Positions 39,299-52,959 of a stretch of 64,000 bases of DNA are shown one piece after another (the stretch's first letter is position 1; each line of letters begins with the position of its first letter). The notes under the pieces are model-generated. The model saw only the letters and a program-made list of their open reading frames with translations, did not search any database and was not told where the DNA came from. The stretch is from Gammaproteobacteria bacterium (GTDB lineage Bacteria > Pseudomonadota > Gammaproteobacteria > Pseudomonadales > Azotimanducaceae), in contig PBRP01000034.1 in NCBI GenBank assembly GCA_002726655.1, positions 19,087 through 83,086 on the forward strand, in the 5' to 3' direction. The translations under genes were made by a program, and so were the position numbers.

Positions 39299-40159
39299 CT
39301 ATACTGCCGCAGCACCACCAACTATCTCTGACAATTCTTGTGTAATTGCTGCCTGTCGTGCGTTATTCATGATGAGCTCTAACTCATCAATCAAATCACC
39401 GGCATTATCCGTCGCACTCTTCATGGCGATCATTTTCGCCGCCTGCTCGCAGGCCACATTCTCAACAACTGCCTGATAAACCTGTGACTCAAGAAAACGT
39501 GTTATCAAGCCTTCTATCAGCTGCCTGGCATCGGGCTCATAAATATAGTCCCATCGATACTTCATGCCGACATCATCTTCCCTGTCCAGTGGAACTAATT
39601 GCCTGATGGTCGGCTCCTGCGTCATGGTATTGACGAACACATTATTTGCCAGGAAAATTTTGTCGACCCCACCTTCACCAAACAGATCCAGCATCACCTT
39701 GATACTGCCAATCAGGTCAGCTAAGGCAGGAGATTCGCTAATATGACTGCTTGCCGCTATGACATTTCCACCATAGCTCTTAAAGAACTGAATGCCCTTA
39801 TTACCGATCAGACACAAGTCTACTTCGACTCCCTGATCTACCCATTGCTTGATATCCAGGACAACGGTTTTCAGCAAATTGACGTTGAGACCACCACATA
39901 ATCCTTTATCTGTCGTTACTACAATGAACCCAACCCGTCTAACATCCCGTTCTGCCATAAACTCATGACGATATTCGGGGGACGCATTAGCCACATGACT
40001 GATCACGGCACGAATCTGATCGGAATAGGGGCGCCCTCGAGACATTCTTTCCTGCGCCTTTCGCATTTTACTCGCAGCCACCATTTCCATCGCACTGGTA
40101 ATTTTCTGCGTGTTCTTAATGCTTCCGATCTGTTTTCGAAGTTCTTTGGCGTTTGCCAT
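39299..40159 (-). CDS. atpG: F1 ATP synthase gamma subunit
   Basis: 286 aa. [36 protein letters not shown] is the canonical N-terminus. Confidence 0.96.
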   Translation of the reverse strand: MANAKELRKQIGSIKNTQKITSAMEMVAASKMRKAQERMSRGRPYSDQIRAVISHVANASPEYRHEFMAERDVRRVGFIVVTTDKGLCGGLNVNLLKTVVLDIKQWVDQGVEVDLCLIGNKGIQFFKSYGGNVIAASSHISESPALADLIGSIKVMLDLFGEGGVDKIFLANNVFVNTMTQEPTIRQLVPLDREDDVGMKYRWDYIYEPDARQLIEGLITRFLESQVYQAVVENVACEQAAKMIAMKSATDNAGDLIDELELIMNNARQAAITQELSEIVGGAAAV

Positions 40160-40199
40160 GGTCTTTCCCGTTAGCGCTTGTCAGTTATGGCCTTCTTTC

Positions 40200-41744
40200 T
40201 TACCAGGTCTGGGTTGATTTAAAGGTCTCAAGTGCCTTCTTCATTGCTTCGACAATCTCATCCGTATAGGCACCCTGTTCGTTAACTTCCTTCATAAAAT
40301 CTGCATGCTCTGTATTCATGTAGCTAACCAGCGCACTTTCGAAATCAAGTACCTTCTCTACTTCGATGTCTACCAGCATTCCCTCGTTAGCAGCAAACAA
40401 AACAACACCCATTTCCGCTACAGTCATGGGGGAATACTGTTTCTGCTTCATCAGTTCGTTGATGCGCTCCCCATGCTCGAGTTGTCTTCTGGTCGCATCA
40501 TCAAGGTCAGATGCAAACTGGGAGAAAGCAGCAAGTTCCCGGTACTGGGCAAGGGCCAGCTTAATTCCGCCGGATATCTTGGACATGAATTTTACCTGTG
40601 CGTCTCCACCAACCCGTGATACCGATATACCAGGATTCATTGCCGGCCGTTCGCCTGCATTGAACTTATCCGATTCAAGGAAAATCTGACCATCCGTTAT
40701 TGAGATAACGTTGGTAGGAACAAAAGCTGAAACGTCACCTGCCTGAGTTTCGATAATGGGTAGTGCGGTCAGTGAACCTGTCTTTCCTTTAACTTCACCA
40801 TTGGTCGCGTTTTCTACATACTTCTCATTTACCCTGGCAGCCCTCTCAAGAAGTCTGGAGTGTAGGTAAAAAACATCACCCGGATAAGCCTCTCGACCTG
40901 GTGGGCGTCGCAACAGCAGTGAAATTTGACGATAAGCCCACGCCTGTTTGGTAAGGTCATCATAAATTATCAGGGCATCCTCACCACGGTCACGGAAATA
41001 TTCACCCATAGCACAGCCGGAATAGGCTGAAATATATTGCATTGGAGCCGGGTCTGATGCACCGGCAGCAACAATAATTGTATTTTCCATCGCTCCATAT
41101 TCTTCCAATGTTCGTACTACGTTGGCGATAGAAGAGAATTTCTGGCCAATTGCCACATACACACACTTAATGCCAGATGCCTGCTGGTTGATAATCGTAT
41201 CAATCGCAATTGCAGTTTTACCTGTTTGACGGTCTCCAATAATCAACTCTCTCTGTCCGCGTCCAATCGGGATCATCGAGTCGATACATTTAAGGCCGGT
41301 CTGTACAGGCTGGTTAACGTGCTGTCTAGCGATTACACCCGGCGCTACCTTTTCAACCGGTGACGTATTTGAAGCATTCAACGGACCCTTGCCATCGATG
41401 GGGTTACCAAGGGAATCAACGACTCTTCCCAATAGCTCCGGTCCCGTTGGTACTTCCAGGATACGCCCGGTACACCTTGCGGTTTGCCCTTCCGTGAGGG
41501 ATTTGTAGTCACCCAGTACAACCGCACCGACAGAATCTCTTTCCAGGTTAAGTGCGAAGCCAAAAAGGTTATCGGGAAATTCGATCATTTCACCGTTTTG
41601 AACATCAGCCAGCCCATGGATGCGCACGATACCGTCAGAAACACTGACGATCGTACCTTCATTACGAGCTTCAGAAGAAACATCAAGCTTTTCGATTCGC
41701 TGCTTGATAATCTCGCTGATTTCGGAAGGATTCAGTTGTTGCAT
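40200..41744 (-). CDS. atpA: F1 ATP synthase alpha subunit
   Basis: 514 aa. Contains GDRQTGKT, plus operon position. Confidence 0.97.
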   Translation of the reverse strand: MQQLNPSEISEIIKQRIEKLDVSSEARNEGTIVSVSDGIVRIHGLADVQNGEMIEFPDNLFGFALNLERDSVGAVVLGDYKSLTEGQTARCTGRILEVPTGPELLGRVVDSLGNPIDGKGPLNASNTSPVEKVAPGVIARQHVNQPVQTGLKCIDSMIPIGRGQRELIIGDRQTGKTAIAIDTIINQQASGIKCVYVAIGQKFSSIANVVRTLEEYGAMENTIIVAAGASDPAPMQYISAYSGCAMGEYFRDRGEDALIIYDDLTKQAWAYRQISLLLRRPPGREAYPGDVFYLHSRLLERAARVNEKYVENATNGEVKGKTGSLTALPIIETQAGDVSAFVPTNVISITDGQIFLESDKFNAGERPAMNPGISVSRVGGDAQVKFMSKISGGIKLALAQYRELAAFSQFASDLDDATRRQLEHGERINELMKQKQYSPMTVAEMGVVLFAANEGMLVDIEVEKVLDFESALVSYMNTEHADFMKEVNEQGAYTDEIVEAMKKALETFKSTQTW

Positions 41745-41815
41745 GTTCCGTTCCTCGGAAAATTAATAGTATTCTAGTTGTTCAAACAAATAATGCTCTC
41801 GCCGAGAGCCGCCTG

Positions 41816-42358
41816 CTAACCTAGCGCATTCGACAATTTCTGCAACTTACCTCTAACAGAATCATCAATAACTGTGTCTTCAGCTTTGATCACTACACCA
41901 CCCAGTAAACTCTTATCAACGCTGGTTTCCAGATTAATTTCTCGCTGTAGCTTCGTGTTTAGAGCTTGTGACAGCGATTCTTTCTCACTCTGAGTTACTT
42001 CAAACGCACTTGAGATCTCAACATCCATCGTCTTCTCATGATTTGCCTTAAGTAGCTCAAACATCTCAGAGATATTGGGTAACAATTCTATTCGAGAGTA
42101 AGTTGAGAGCACCGCAACGAAATTGCGTCCCTCCTCACTAAGCTCATCACCCAGCAACCTAACCAGTAGTTCCGCTCCCTGCTCATCCGACAGCGAAGGA
42201 TCGTCTAATGCTTGACGAACCATTTCCTGTCTGGCTGTTGCAGCAAGCAAAGACAACATCCGTGACCAGGTAACGAGTCCTTCAGTCTGATCAAGCGCGT
42301 AAGTAAAAGCAGCCCTGGCGTAGGGTCTGGCTATTGTCGCAAGTTCTGTTTCAGCCAT
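41816..42358 (-). CDS. atpH: F1 ATP synthase delta subunit
   Basis: 180 aa. TIARPYARAAF N-terminus, plus operon position. Confidence 0.92.
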   Translation of the reverse strand: MAETELATIARPYARAAFTYALDQTEGLVTWSRMLSLLAATARQEMVRQALDDPSLSDEQGAELLVRLLGDELSEEGRNFVAVLSTYSRIELLPNISEMFELLKANHEKTMDVEISSAFEVTQSEKESLSQALNTKLQREINLETSVDKSLLGGVVIKAEDTVIDDSVRGKLQKLSNALG

Positions 42359-42371
42359 CTCAAGAGTATCC

Positions 42372-42842
42372 TTACAATTCTGCCGATAGCCGGGTCAACA
42401 TCTCTGAATGTGCCGCCTGGTCAATCGTACTTTCGAGAATCTTCTCTGCGCCGTCGATCGCAAGCTCACCAACGCGGGTACGAAGCTCCTCTCTGGCCCG
42501 GCTAATTTCCTGATCAATTTCAGCCTGGGCTCCATGAATTATACGATCAGCTTCTTCTCTGCCCTGTCCTTTCGCTTCTTCAACAATTTGGCTGGCCCGG
42601 CTCCTCGCCTGAACTAATAGTTCTGCAGCCTGCTTCTTGGCATCGTCAAGTTCAATTGCTACCGACTCGTTCGCTGCCTCAAGCTTCTTTTCCGCCACAG
42701 CGGCATTATCCAGGCCCTCGGCTATTAGCTTCTGGCGCTCGCGCATCGCCTCACCAATATAAGGCCAGACAAACTTCATGCAGAAAACCACGAACATGAC
42801 GAACGAAATAAGTTGGCCAAGCATCGTAAGGTTAATATTCAC
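42372..42842 (-). CDS. atpF: Fo ATP synthase subunit b
   Basis: 156 aa. Single N-terminal TM segment followed by a long charged helix. Confidence 0.92.
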   Translation of the reverse strand: MNINLTMLGQLISFVMFVVFCMKFVWPYIGEAMRERQKLIAEGLDNAAVAEKKLEAANESVAIELDDAKKQAAELLVQARSRASQIVEEAKGQGREEADRIIHGAQAEIDQEISRAREELRTRVGELAIDGAEKILESTIDQAAHSEMLTRLSAEL

Positions 42843-42882
42843 TGTTCACCCCGAATAGATTAATAGAGGATTGCCCACAAAC

Positions 42883-43125
<243 letters not shown>

Positions 43126-43141
43126 TTAATCGTTTTAAAGC

Positions 43142-44427
<1,286 letters not shown>

Positions 44428-44569
44428 TGGAACAAAGCCTTTACCGCCAAGTCTATCGCGGCAGCAGAGTATAGAGATTTACTCTTGGTCGTTCAACTTG
44501 AGGCGCTATTAATTTGCCGCTTTTGGCTTCTTTTTCTTCTTTTTGATCGAGATTTCCCTGAATCTGGTC

Positions 44570-45442
44570 TCACAAATCCAAATCTCCGAACCAACCCAGT
44601 ATTCCATCAAATTCATCCAGGCTGCTGTAGCTGATGGTTAACTTACCGCTACCTTTGGCCGTGTGTCGAATCGCAACGGGTTGTCCAAGTTTTTGTGCGA
44701 TCTGCTCCTGCAGGTGGCGTATATCAGCATCACCCTTTCCCTTGCTCTCCTTTTTCGGTTCTGCCGAACCTTTCGCCAGCAACTTCCTGACCATCTCTTC
44801 CGCCTGACGTACGTTGAGATGCCCTTCCACTATGTCAACAGCAGCCTGCTCCTGGCGCATATCATCCAGACTCAATAAGGCTCGCGCATGTCCCATTTCA
44901 ATTTCACCTGAACTCAAGAAGTGAATAACTCTCGGGGTCAGATTCGCCAGGCGCAGCATGTTCGTTACAGCGCTTCGACTCTTACCTACAGTTTCAGCCA
45001 CCTGCTGATGGGTCAAGTCAAACTCTTCTATCAGTCGCTGCAGTGCCAGGGACTCTTCCCAGGGGTTCAGATCTTCCCTCTGGATATTCTCAATCAGAGA
45101 CATGGCAATTGCAGACTGATCATCCGCATCTCGTACAAGGGAAGGCACTTTATCCAATCCTGCCACCTGAGCTGCACGCCAGCGTCTCTCGCCAGCAATT
45201 ATCTCGTACCTATCTTCACCAAGTTGCCGCAGAACGATAGGCTGCATGATCCCCTGTGCCCTGATTGATTCGGCCAGCTCACTTAGACCCTGCTCATCGA
45301 AACCCTTACGAGGTTGGTATTTTCCCGGCCTTATCCACTCGATGGGTATTTCATGTAACTGTTGCCGCGGAGGGATCGCATTCGGTTTAGGACCAAGTAG
45401 CGCATCAAGCCCCTTGCCCAGCCCTCTTCTTTTAGGCGCCAT
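44570..45442 (-). CDS. parB: Chromosome partitioning protein ParB
   Basis: 290 aa. Contains [22 protein letters not shown]...[16 protein letters not shown] and a helix-turn-helix. Confidence 0.94.
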   Translation of the reverse strand: MAPKRRGLGKGLDALLGPKPNAIPPRQQLHEIPIEWIRPGKYQPRKGFDEQGLSELAESIRAQGIMQPIVLRQLGEDRYEIIAGERRWRAAQVAGLDKVPSLVRDADDQSAIAMSLIENIQREDLNPWEESLALQRLIEEFDLTHQQVAETVGKSRSAVTNMLRLANLTPRVIHFLSSGEIEMGHARALLSLDDMRQEQAAVDIVEGHLNVRQAEEMVRKLLAKGSAEPKKESKGKGDADIRHLQEQIAQKLGQPVAIRHTAKGSGKLTISYSSLDEFDGILGWFGDLDL

Positions 45443-46223
45443 TCGGTCCCCCTATGCTCTTCGCATCGCGTCTTACCAGCTCTCCTGCCAGCGCCAGGTA
45501 TGACTTGGACCCCTTGGACTGCTTGTCATAGAAAAGTATCGGTATGCCATAGCTTGGGGCTTCAGCAAGGCGAACGTTTCTCGGTATTACCGTGCGATAA
45601 ACCCTATCGCCAAAATGCTCCAGTAACTGAGCAGATACCTCACGGGTTAAGCTGTTTCTTGGGTCGTACATGGTGCGAATAATGCCCTCTATATACAGAC
45701 TTGGATTTAGCTGCATGGTAATTCTGTCAATGGTGTCGATCAAAGCAGACAATCCTTCAAGTGCATAGTACTCACATTGCATCGGTATCACGACACCATC
45801 TGCAGCAACCAGGCCATTGACCGTCAACAAACTCAGGGAGGGTGGACAGTCTATAATGATGAAGTCGTATCCATGCCGTATCTCTTCGATAGACTTCTTT
45901 AGACAATATTCCCTCTCTGGCATGTCCAGCAGTTCAATTTCAGCACCAGTCAGCGCCGAGTTAGCCGCAAGCAGATCATAACCTGCAGCTTCAGCGTCAA
46001 TCCCAGCCTCGGCGATGGTTGTCATACCAAGCAGAACCTCATACACAGAGCTTTCCACATCACGCTTGTCTATGCCGCTACCCATGGTGGCATTTCCCTG
46101 GGGATCAAGATCTACCAGCAGCACCTTTCTTTTCATCGCGGCCAGGGAAGCCGCCAGATTAACACTGGTGGTTGTCTTGCCGACTCCGCCCTTCTGGTTA
46201 GCAACTGCCAGTACAATACTCAT
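45432..46223 (-). CDS. parA: Chromosome partitioning ATPase ParA/Soj
   Basis: 263 aa. Deviant Walker [11 protein letters not shown]. Confidence 0.94.
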   Translation of the reverse strand: MSIVLAVANQKGGVGKTTTSVNLAASLAAMKRKVLLVDLDPQGNATMGSGIDKRDVESSVYEVLLGMTTIAEAGIDAEAAGYDLLAANSALTGAEIELLDMPEREYCLKKSIEEIRHGYDFIIIDCPPSLSLLTVNGLVAADGVVIPMQCEYYALEGLSALIDTIDRITMQLNPSLYIEGIIRTMYDPRNSLTREVSAQLLEHFGDRVYRTVIPRNVRLAEAPSYGIPILFYDKQSKGSKSYLALAGELVRRDAKSIGGPNGA

Positions 46224-46849
46224 CTGGTTTCTCGATATTTAAGTTCGACCAGGCATCTCTCTGCATCAAGCAACGGTACCTCAATAGGAATTACCCGAGT
46301 CACCTGCAGGGGGGAAGCCTGTGCAAGCGCGGAATCGTGGTCCTGCTTACCCTTCATAGCCAGAACATTTCCCTGACTGTGAAGCAGGTGGGACACTTTT
46401 TCCGCAATAGTTTCCAGCGAAGCAAATGCCCTGCATAGTACCTGGTCGAATTTCTCACCGTGGTATTGCTCTACTCGATCCTGCACCACCACTACATTTT
46501 CCAATTCCAGCTCAATCACGGCCTGTGTCATGAAGCGTGTCTTTTTCCCGTTCGAGTCCAGCAGTACAAATTTTTTGGCCGGATAGAGAATCGCCAGGGG
46601 GATACCCGGCAAACCTGCCCCACTACCAACATCTATGATTCTACTGCCTTCTATAAAGGGCGCTATCGATAACGAATCCAGGAGGTGCCGCACTACCATT
46701 TCCTCCGGTACCTGAACCGCTGTCAGGTTATAAACTTCATTCCATCGACAGAGCTGATCAATGAATGCGGTCGACTTGGAAACAAGCGTATCTGCTAGAG
46801 GAAATGGAAGCTGGTCAACTCCAGTCTGAATCAGGTCGACAATCTTCAT
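46220..46849 (-). CDS. rsmG: 16S rRNA (guanine527-N7)-methyltransferase
   Basis: The internal Met (MKIVDLIQ...) gives a roughly 209-aa protein with the SAM motif [17 protein letters not shown]. Its ATG overlaps the mnmG stop as ATGA. The 264-aa ORF-track form would overlap mnmG by 165 nt. Confidence 0.88.
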   Translation of the reverse strand: MKIVDLIQTGVDQLPFPLADTLVSKSTAFIDQLCRWNEVYNLTAVQVPEEMVVRHLLDSLSIAPFIEGSRIIDVGSGAGLPGIPLAILYPAKKFVLLDSNGKKTRFMTQAVIELELENVVVVQDRVEQYHGEKFDQVLCRAFASLETIAEKVSHLLHSQGNVLAMKGKQDHDSALAQASPLQVTRVIPIEVPLLDAERCLVELKYRETR

Positions 46850-48765
46850 CTGCCCAACTTTAGTGGCCTGGAAGTGCCTTGCTTGCCCTGTGATTCCATC
46901 AAATACTGTTTCTTCAAGTAGACTAGTAGCAGGGAGATCGCTGCATGAGTTACTCCTGCTACCCGCCCTGCCTGGCCAATGGTCGCTGGCCGGACTGATT
47001 CCAGCTTCTGGCACACTTCATTGGAAAGACCGCTAATTGTGCCATATTCGATGGAATCCGGTATCGCCATTTCCTGCTGGGCCATAACCCGATCAATTTC
47101 CTCCTGCTGCCTTACAATGTAGCCCTCATACTTACAATCTATCTCAATCTGTTCGGCCACTTCCTCTCTCAAAGAATCCAGTTTCGCGGCATTCATCAGC
47201 TCATTTACGGTGACGCCAGGACGCTTCAACAGCCCAAGTAGGCTGTGGTCTCGATTTAGCGCCTGTCCCAGTAACGTCTCGACTGCTGCATCACCAGGAT
47301 GCACATAGGTTTTGCTCAATACACCTGCCTGACGCTGAATTGCCTCCTCCTTCTCACAAAAATATCGCCATCGCTGTTCATCAATCAGACCCAGTTCTCT
47401 TCCCTGCTCAGTCAACCGCCTGTCGGCGTTATCCTGACGGAGGATAAGCCTGTATTCCGCGCGGCTGGTAAACATACGGTAGGGTTCCCGAGTTCCCATT
47501 GTTATCAGGTCATCCACAAGTACACCCATATAGGCTTCATTTCTTCGCGGACTCCAGGCTTCTTCTCCTTTGGCTAGCCTGGCGGCGTTTATCCCTGCTA
47601 TCAGCCCCTGGGCTCCGGCTTCTTCGTAGCCGGTTGTGCCATTAATCTGCCCCGCAAAAAACAGACCAGGCAAATGGCGGGTTTCAAGTGAATTCTTCAA
47701 ATCCCTTGGCTCAAAGAAATCATACTCAATAGCGTAACCTGGCCTGGTGATATGCGTGTTCTCAAAACCCTTTATGGTCCTTACGAACGCCTGCTGGACA
47801 TCAAATGGCAGACTGGTTGAAATACCATTTGGATAAAGTTCAGTCGTGTTCAGCCCCTCTGGTTCGATAAAAATCTGATGAGAGGACTTATCGGCAAATC
47901 GCACTATCTTGTCTTCAATTGACGGGCAATAGCGCGGACCAACGCCAGCGATTTCCCCCGTATAAAGCGGTGAACGATCAAGACCCGAATGAATAAGCTC
48001 GTGAGTTTCTTCATTGGTGTGGGTAATAAAGCAGGGGACCTGACGCGGGTGATCGTCTCTGCTAGCCATATAGGACATGACAGGTCGTTGCTCATCGCCG
48101 GGTTGCTCTTCGAGTTCCGAGAAATCAACGGTGTTGCCATCAATCCGTGGCGGCGTCCCTGTTTTTAGTCGATCAACTGAAAAGGGCAGTTCTCTGAGGC
48201 GATCCGCCAGTCGGTTTGAAGGAGGATCGCCGGCTCGGCCACCTGGCTGCTTGTCCATGCCCACATGGATAATCCCTCCAAGGAAGGTACCAACTGTCAA
48301 CACTACGGCCGGGGCAGTAAATCTCAATCCAGTGTCCGTTACTACACCGGTAACTCGCCCATCACCGATAATCAGATCGTCCACTGACTGCTGAAAAAGC
48401 TTAAGATTCTGCTGATTCTCGAGTGCATGGCGAATATATGCCCTGTACAGCTGCCTGTCGGCCTGCGCCCGCGTTGCTCTTACGGCTGGCCCCTTGCGCG
48501 CGTTCAAAACACGAAAGTGGATACCCGAATGATCAGCCGCTAAGGCCATCACCCCGCCCAGCGCATCAATCTCCTTTACCAGGTGGCTTTTACCAATTCC
48601 GCCAATTGCCGGGTTGCAGGACATCTGCCCGAGGGTTTCAATATTTTGAGTCACCAGCAATGTCTTTGAGCCACTACGGGCTGATGCCAGAGCGGCCTCA
48701 GTGCCAGCGTGACCACCACCCACGACGATTACATCAAAATTTGTTGCACTAACCATCATTGCCAT
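46846..48765 (-). CDS. mnmG: tRNA uridine 5-carboxymethylaminomethyl modification enzyme MnmG (GidA)
   Basis: 639 aa. FAD motif [15 protein letters not shown], plus [11 protein letters not shown]. Confidence 0.96.
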   Translation of the reverse strand: MAMMVSATNFDVIVVGGGHAGTEAALASARSGSKTLLVTQNIETLGQMSCNPAIGGIGKSHLVKEIDALGGVMALAADHSGIHFRVLNARKGPAVRATRAQADRQLYRAYIRHALENQQNLKLFQQSVDDLIIGDGRVTGVVTDTGLRFTAPAVVLTVGTFLGGIIHVGMDKQPGGRAGDPPSNRLADRLRELPFSVDRLKTGTPPRIDGNTVDFSELEEQPGDEQRPVMSYMASRDDHPRQVPCFITHTNEETHELIHSGLDRSPLYTGEIAGVGPRYCPSIEDKIVRFADKSSHQIFIEPEGLNTTELYPNGISTSLPFDVQQAFVRTIKGFENTHITRPGYAIEYDFFEPRDLKNSLETRHLPGLFFAGQINGTTGYEEAGAQGLIAGINAARLAKGEEAWSPRRNEAYMGVLVDDLITMGTREPYRMFTSRAEYRLILRQDNADRRLTEQGRELGLIDEQRWRYFCEKEEAIQRQAGVLSKTYVHPGDAAVETLLGQALNRDHSLLGLLKRPGVTVNELMNAAKLDSLREEVAEQIEIDCKYEGYIVRQQEEIDRVMAQQEMAIPDSIEYGTISGLSNEVCQKLESVRPATIGQAGRVAGVTHAAISLLLVYLKKQYLMESQGKQGTSRPLKLGR

Positions 48766-48908
48766 GCCAAGTAAGGCAAACAGCCGTCAAGCCATTAAAT
48801 GCGAGGAAAAGGGGATGCAGTATACGATTGAAAGCCAGGATGTCCACGTATGAAGTTATTCGCTTTCGAAGTACGATAGCTGTTACAGGCCGGAACCAGT
48901 CTGCTTAA

Positions 48909-50282
48909 TCATTTACCTATGCAGAAACTCGAAAAAATCCTGCCAAGAAGATCATCACTGGTAACTATCCCGGTAATTTCACCCAGTGCCTGCTGGCACA
49001 ACTTCAATTCTTCAGCCAGTAATTCACCGGCACCCGCTTCCACAAGGTGCCTTCCCCCCGTTTCGACTGAGATTCTTGCCCTTGCCAGCGCATCCAGATG
49101 ACGGGTCCTTGCTATGAAAGTTCCCTCCTCAACCGCGATGAAGCCTAACGCCTGTTTAAGGTGCTCTCTAAGGCAACCTATTCCTTCGCCGGTCTTGGCG
49201 GAGACGGGAACCCAACCCTCGGGGACTCCATCAAGTTCCCGCTGCCAGTCCGGATTCAGATCTATCTTATTCACTACTACGGTAACGGGCATTTCACCCG
49301 GCACTTCGCCACGCAGCGCTTCCGCCGCTGCAGCCAATTCTCCCCTGTAGGCGAAACAATCGACAATAAGAATCACATGGTCTGCGTTTCTGATTTCGCC
49401 ATGAGCGCGTTTTACGCCTTCTACCTCTATCACATCACTGCCGGAACGTAGCCCGGCAGTATCAATTAGCCTGAGAGGCAGGCCATCCAGATGAATATAG
49501 TTATCGACTATGTCCCGGGTTGTACCGGCTATATCGGTAACAATTGACACCTCTTTGCCAGTGAGCGAATTCATCAGGCTTGATTTCCCTGCATTGGGTC
49601 GACCTGCCAGTACCAGGCTCACGCCTTCTCTCAACAGTGCACCCTGGGTAGCCTTTTCCGTCACCTCGTCAAATTCTGAAAGAATGCTCTTCAACATTCC
49701 CTGCACTTTCTTGTCACCAAGAAAATCAATTTCTTCCTCAGGGAAATCGATTGCTGCCTCAACATACATTCTTAACAGGGTTACTTTCTCGGTTAGTTTT
49801 TCAATCTGGTTTGAGAACTCACCCTGCATTGATCGTACAGCGCTTTTAGCAGCAGCTTTACTGGCACTATCTATCAGATCAGCAATAGCCTCCGCTTGAG
49901 AAAGATCAATTTTATCGTTCAGAAAAGCCCTTTGTGTGAATTCCCCGGGGGCAGCTATCCTCGCTCCTAACCGCACGCATCTGTCTAGTAGCAGTCTCAT
50001 AACGACCGGTCCACCATGGCCATGTAATTCGAGTACGTGCTCACCGGTAAAAGATGCTGGTTTGGGGAAATAAATTACCAGTCCCCTATCAATAACGGAC
50101 CGATCGCCATCACGAAAATCACTAATAGCGGCAAATCTAGGTACTGGTAGCGACCCTGTAATGGCTTGGCATATATCCTGGACTTTGTTCCCTGACAGCC
50201 TCACTACGCCGATTCCACCTCTGCCCGGTGGTGTGGCCTGAGCCACTATCGTATCCTCCAAAACAGGGGGCTTCTCACTCAT
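48909..50282 (-). CDS. mnmE: tRNA modification GTPase MnmE (TrmE)
   Basis: 457 aa. Contains DTIVAQATPPGRGGIGVVRLSG and the G-domain GRPNAGKSSL, with the C-terminal CIGK tetrapeptide. Confidence 0.96.
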   Translation of the reverse strand: MSEKPPVLEDTIVAQATPPGRGGIGVVRLSGNKVQDICQAITGSLPVPRFAAISDFRDGDRSVIDRGLVIYFPKPASFTGEHVLELHGHGGPVVMRLLLDRCVRLGARIAAPGEFTQRAFLNDKIDLSQAEAIADLIDSASKAAAKSAVRSMQGEFSNQIEKLTEKVTLLRMYVEAAIDFPEEEIDFLGDKKVQGMLKSILSEFDEVTEKATQGALLREGVSLVLAGRPNAGKSSLMNSLTGKEVSIVTDIAGTTRDIVDNYIHLDGLPLRLIDTAGLRSGSDVIEVEGVKRAHGEIRNADHVILIVDCFAYRGELAAAAEALRGEVPGEMPVTVVVNKIDLNPDWQRELDGVPEGWVPVSAKTGEGIGCLREHLKQALGFIAVEEGTFIARTRHLDALARARISVETGGRHLVEAGAGELLAEELKLCQQALGEITGIVTSDDLLGRIFSSFCIGK

Positions 50283-50318
50283 CCCTGTTCGCCTCTAGCT
50301 AGTTCTCGTCCGTTTCTT

Positions 50319-50384
50319 GACATAGAGCGGGCTATCCTGGGCGGCCCCTTACTTCATAAGTGATTAATTTATATATCTAACGTT
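50319..50384. repeat. Conserved intergenic element, copy B (yidC-mnmE spacer)
   Basis: gacataGAGCgGGcTATCCTGGGCGGcCCCtTaCTtCATaAGTGATTa...CTAACGTT. This is the counterpart of copy A in the same orientation. Confidence 0.6.
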
Positions 50385-50433
50385 ATTGTAGTGTTGCGAA
50401 ACTTGGCCAAAGTCCTCCATTTACTGACAGGAA

Positions 50434-52104
50434 CTAGCCACCCTTTTCGATCTGACGTGTTACAAACCACTGTTGCATTATGGAAAGTATATTGTTTACC
50501 AACCAGTAGAGAACCAACCCAGAGGGGAACCAAAGGAAAAAGAAGGTAAACATGATAGGCATCATTTTGAAAACTTTAGCCTGTACTGGATCAGGGGGTT
50601 CAGGCTGCAGCATTTGCGTCAGGTACATTGAAATACCCATTAATATGGGTAGAACAAAATAGGGATCCATAACCGAAAGATCATTGATCCATAGGGCAAA
50701 AGGCGCCTGTCGTAATTCCACGCTCTCCATCAACGTCCAGTAAAGTGCTAGAAATACCGGCATTTGTAAAAGAATAGGAAAGCATCCTCCTAACGGATTC
50801 GCTCCTTCCTTCTTGTACAACTCCATCATGGCTTGCGAGAACTGCTGTTTATCATCGCCATGCCTTTCCTTCAAACGAGCCATCTCTGGCTGCAGCTTGC
50901 GCATTTTTGCCATCGACTTAAAACTGGCAGCAGACAAAGGAAATAGCAGCGTTTTTACAATAACCGTAAGCAGAATAATCGCCACACCCCAGTTATTGAA
51001 CATTCCGTGAATTAGCGTCAGCAGGTAGAAAAGCGGCTGTGCCAGCCACCATAGAAATCCGTAATCCACCGTTAAATTGAGTCCTTCAGCGATTTGTTCA
51101 AGCCTATACTGATCTTTTGGACCTACGTAATACTGCGCACCTATCTGCCCAGTAGAGTTCTTCGCCACGGTGATGACGGGTGTGGTAAAACCTAACAAAT
51201 AAATATCCTGATTAGGTAGTTTCCTTACCTGATAAGAAACCTCTGTCTCTCCGTCAGGTACCCAGGCGCTGACAAAATAGTGTTGAACCATCGCGATATA
51301 GCCGCCATTGATTTTCACCTTAAAACTATCGTCAGCAATATCGTCAAAACTCAATTTCTTATAGAGTTCATCATGTGTCCGAACAGCACCGCCAATAAAA
51401 GGACGTAAACCCATACTATTAGTATCAACGTTTCTAGGTTCCTCCCCGTCTCTCTTTATCTGAGAAAAAAAGGCTACCTGTAAATCAGTATTGGACAAGT
51501 TTTCAACAAAGTATTTAACTTCTACAAGATAGTCTCCCTGCTTGAAGATAAACTTTTTCGTAATGTTAACCCCAGCTTCGGTCCGATAATTAAGATCCAC
51601 TTCCATCGAATCACTACCGTTAAGCTCATAATGACTTTTAGAGGAACTATATAGTGGCCTTTTCCCTGATTTATCTACACCGTCTGGGCCAATCAAACCG
51701 CTCTGAGCTGCATAGGAGTTTCTTGGATCAACCAACAAAAACGGGACTTCTGGCGTATCCAGCGCTACTGGATAAGAGGGCAGGGCGGCACGAACTATAT
51801 CTCCACCCTGCAAATCAATAGTGAGATCAAGCACATCTGATCTAACGCTAACATGATGGCGCGTACTCAACTTTACCGGGACTTCTGTTTTTGTAACATC
51901 GACCAGTGGCACAACATCAGGAATGTCGTTTGAAACAATCGCTTCTGGTACGTCATCTAAAGGAGTAGAAAGGTCAGATGTTTCCTCAGGGATAACTTCA
52001 TTCAAAGACTCAGCATTACTGCCATAATCTTCGTTCCACGCTAAAATAAGAAGATACGATGTAACAGCCAGTCCGAGCAGTATTGCTATTCTCTGAATGT
52101 CCAC
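50434..52104 (-). CDS. yidC: Membrane protein insertase YidC
   Basis: 556 aa. N-terminal TM segment, large periplasmic domain, conserved C-terminal 5-TM core (GWAIILLT..VK....PL, KMR.LQP). Confidence 0.95.
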   Translation of the reverse strand: MDIQRIAILLGLAVTSYLLILAWNEDYGSNAESLNEVIPEETSDLSTPLDDVPEAIVSNDIPDVVPLVDVTKTEVPVKLSTRHHVSVRSDVLDLTIDLQGGDIVRAALPSYPVALDTPEVPFLLVDPRNSYAAQSGLIGPDGVDKSGKRPLYSSSKSHYELNGSDSMEVDLNYRTEAGVNITKKFIFKQGDYLVEVKYFVENLSNTDLQVAFFSQIKRDGEEPRNVDTNSMGLRPFIGGAVRTHDELYKKLSFDDIADDSFKVKINGGYIAMVQHYFVSAWVPDGETEVSYQVRKLPNQDIYLLGFTTPVITVAKNSTGQIGAQYYVGPKDQYRLEQIAEGLNLTVDYGFLWWLAQPLFYLLTLIHGMFNNWGVAIILLTVIVKTLLFPLSAASFKSMAKMRKLQPEMARLKERHGDDKQQFSQAMMELYKKEGANPLGGCFPILLQMPVFLALYWTLMESVELRQAPFALWINDLSVMDPYFVLPILMGISMYLTQMLQPEPPDPVQAKVFKMMPIMFTFFFLWFPSGLVLYWLVNNILSIMQQWFVTRQIEKGG

Positions 52105-52340
52105 TACTGCTCCCGCTCTTCACATATATGGTCTGGTACCAGATCGACCCCACCCGGGTCGAAAGGATGGCATTTACACACCCGTCTAACCGCCAAAGTA
52201 CACCCCTTCAGGATTCCAAACCTGCTAATTGATTCGCTCGCATATTCAGAACAACTGGGGTAGAACCGACACCGCTGGCCCAGGAAACCACTCAAAGTCG
52301 CCTGGTATATCCAAATAATCTTGAGTAGAAAAACCTTCAC
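52104..52340 (-). CDS. yidD: Membrane protein insertion efficiency factor YidD
   Basis: 78 aa. Contains YQ...S...G..CRF.PSCS.Y and CHP..PGG.D. Confidence 0.9.
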   Translation of the reverse strand: MKVFLLKIIWIYQATLSGFLGQRCRFYPSCSEYASESISRFGILKGCTLAVRRVCKCHPFDPGGVDLVPDHICEEREQ

Positions 52341-52708
52341 GTTTCCAACACAGTTTGTTGACTGGACTTCTCAACGACAGTTGCAAACGCCCCAACCAGG
52401 ATCTGATTGAGTGCTTGCGTTGATTTCCCATTTGTACCTGACCTGGTCAAGATGACAATATCAAGTGAAGCAGGTGATACCCTTCTGAATACTTCTCTAA
52501 TTAGTCTCTTCAGCCTGTTTCTACTGGCCGCCTTTGCTGTATTTTTCTTAGCAACGACCATGCCCAATCTATTTTGTTTCACGTTGTTCCTGCGGGCGAG
52601 TAAAAGTATTTCGGGACTACTCACCCGGAATTGATTAGATTTGAAAACTGCATCAAATTCTTTCGAATTATTTAGTCTTTTCGAGGTGGGGAAACCCTGG
52701 TCGGCCAT
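52337..52708 (-). CDS. rnpA: Ribonuclease P protein component
   Basis: 123 aa basic protein. Has the RNR motif (AASRNRLKRLIRE) and sits between rpmH and yidD. Confidence 0.92.
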   Translation of the reverse strand: MADQGFPTSKRLNNSKEFDAVFKSNQFRVSSPEILLLARRNNVKQNRLGMVVAKKNTAKAASRNRLKRLIREVFRRVSPASLDIVILTRSGTNGKSTQALNQILVGAFATVVEKSSQQTVLET

Positions 52709-52734
52709 TAGTCATGCCCGGTAAGCAGAAAAGC

Positions 52735-52869
52735 TTAGGCTGAGAGAACTTTACGGCCCTTTGCTCTTCGTCTCTTCAAAACCAGACGGCCAGCCTTAGT
52801 GGACATTCTGGAACGGAATCCATGCCTTCGCTTTCTTTTTAAATTACTTGGTTGGAAAGTTCTTTTCAT
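52735..52869 (-). CDS. rpmH: 50S ribosomal protein L34
   Basis: Not in the ORF track because it is under 60 aa. The minus strand translates to [44 protein letters not shown], the canonical L34. Confidence 0.95.
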   Translation of the reverse strand: MKRTFQPSNLKRKRRHGFRSRMSTKAGRLVLKRRRAKGRKVLSA

Positions 52870-52959
52870 TTGCCTGCACCAGTCAGAATGGGTCTAAAAA
52901 GGAGCGGCGATTCTAATGAAGAACCCAATTACAGTCAATCAGACAATTCATTTTACCTA

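Noticed and set aside
48766-48908. E. coli-style oriC adjacent to mnmG (gidA)
   Set aside because: The spacer is only 143 bp. The best DnaA-box-like 9-mer has about three mismatches. There is no AT-rich unwinding block. The rpmH-dnaA spacer is a much better candidate.
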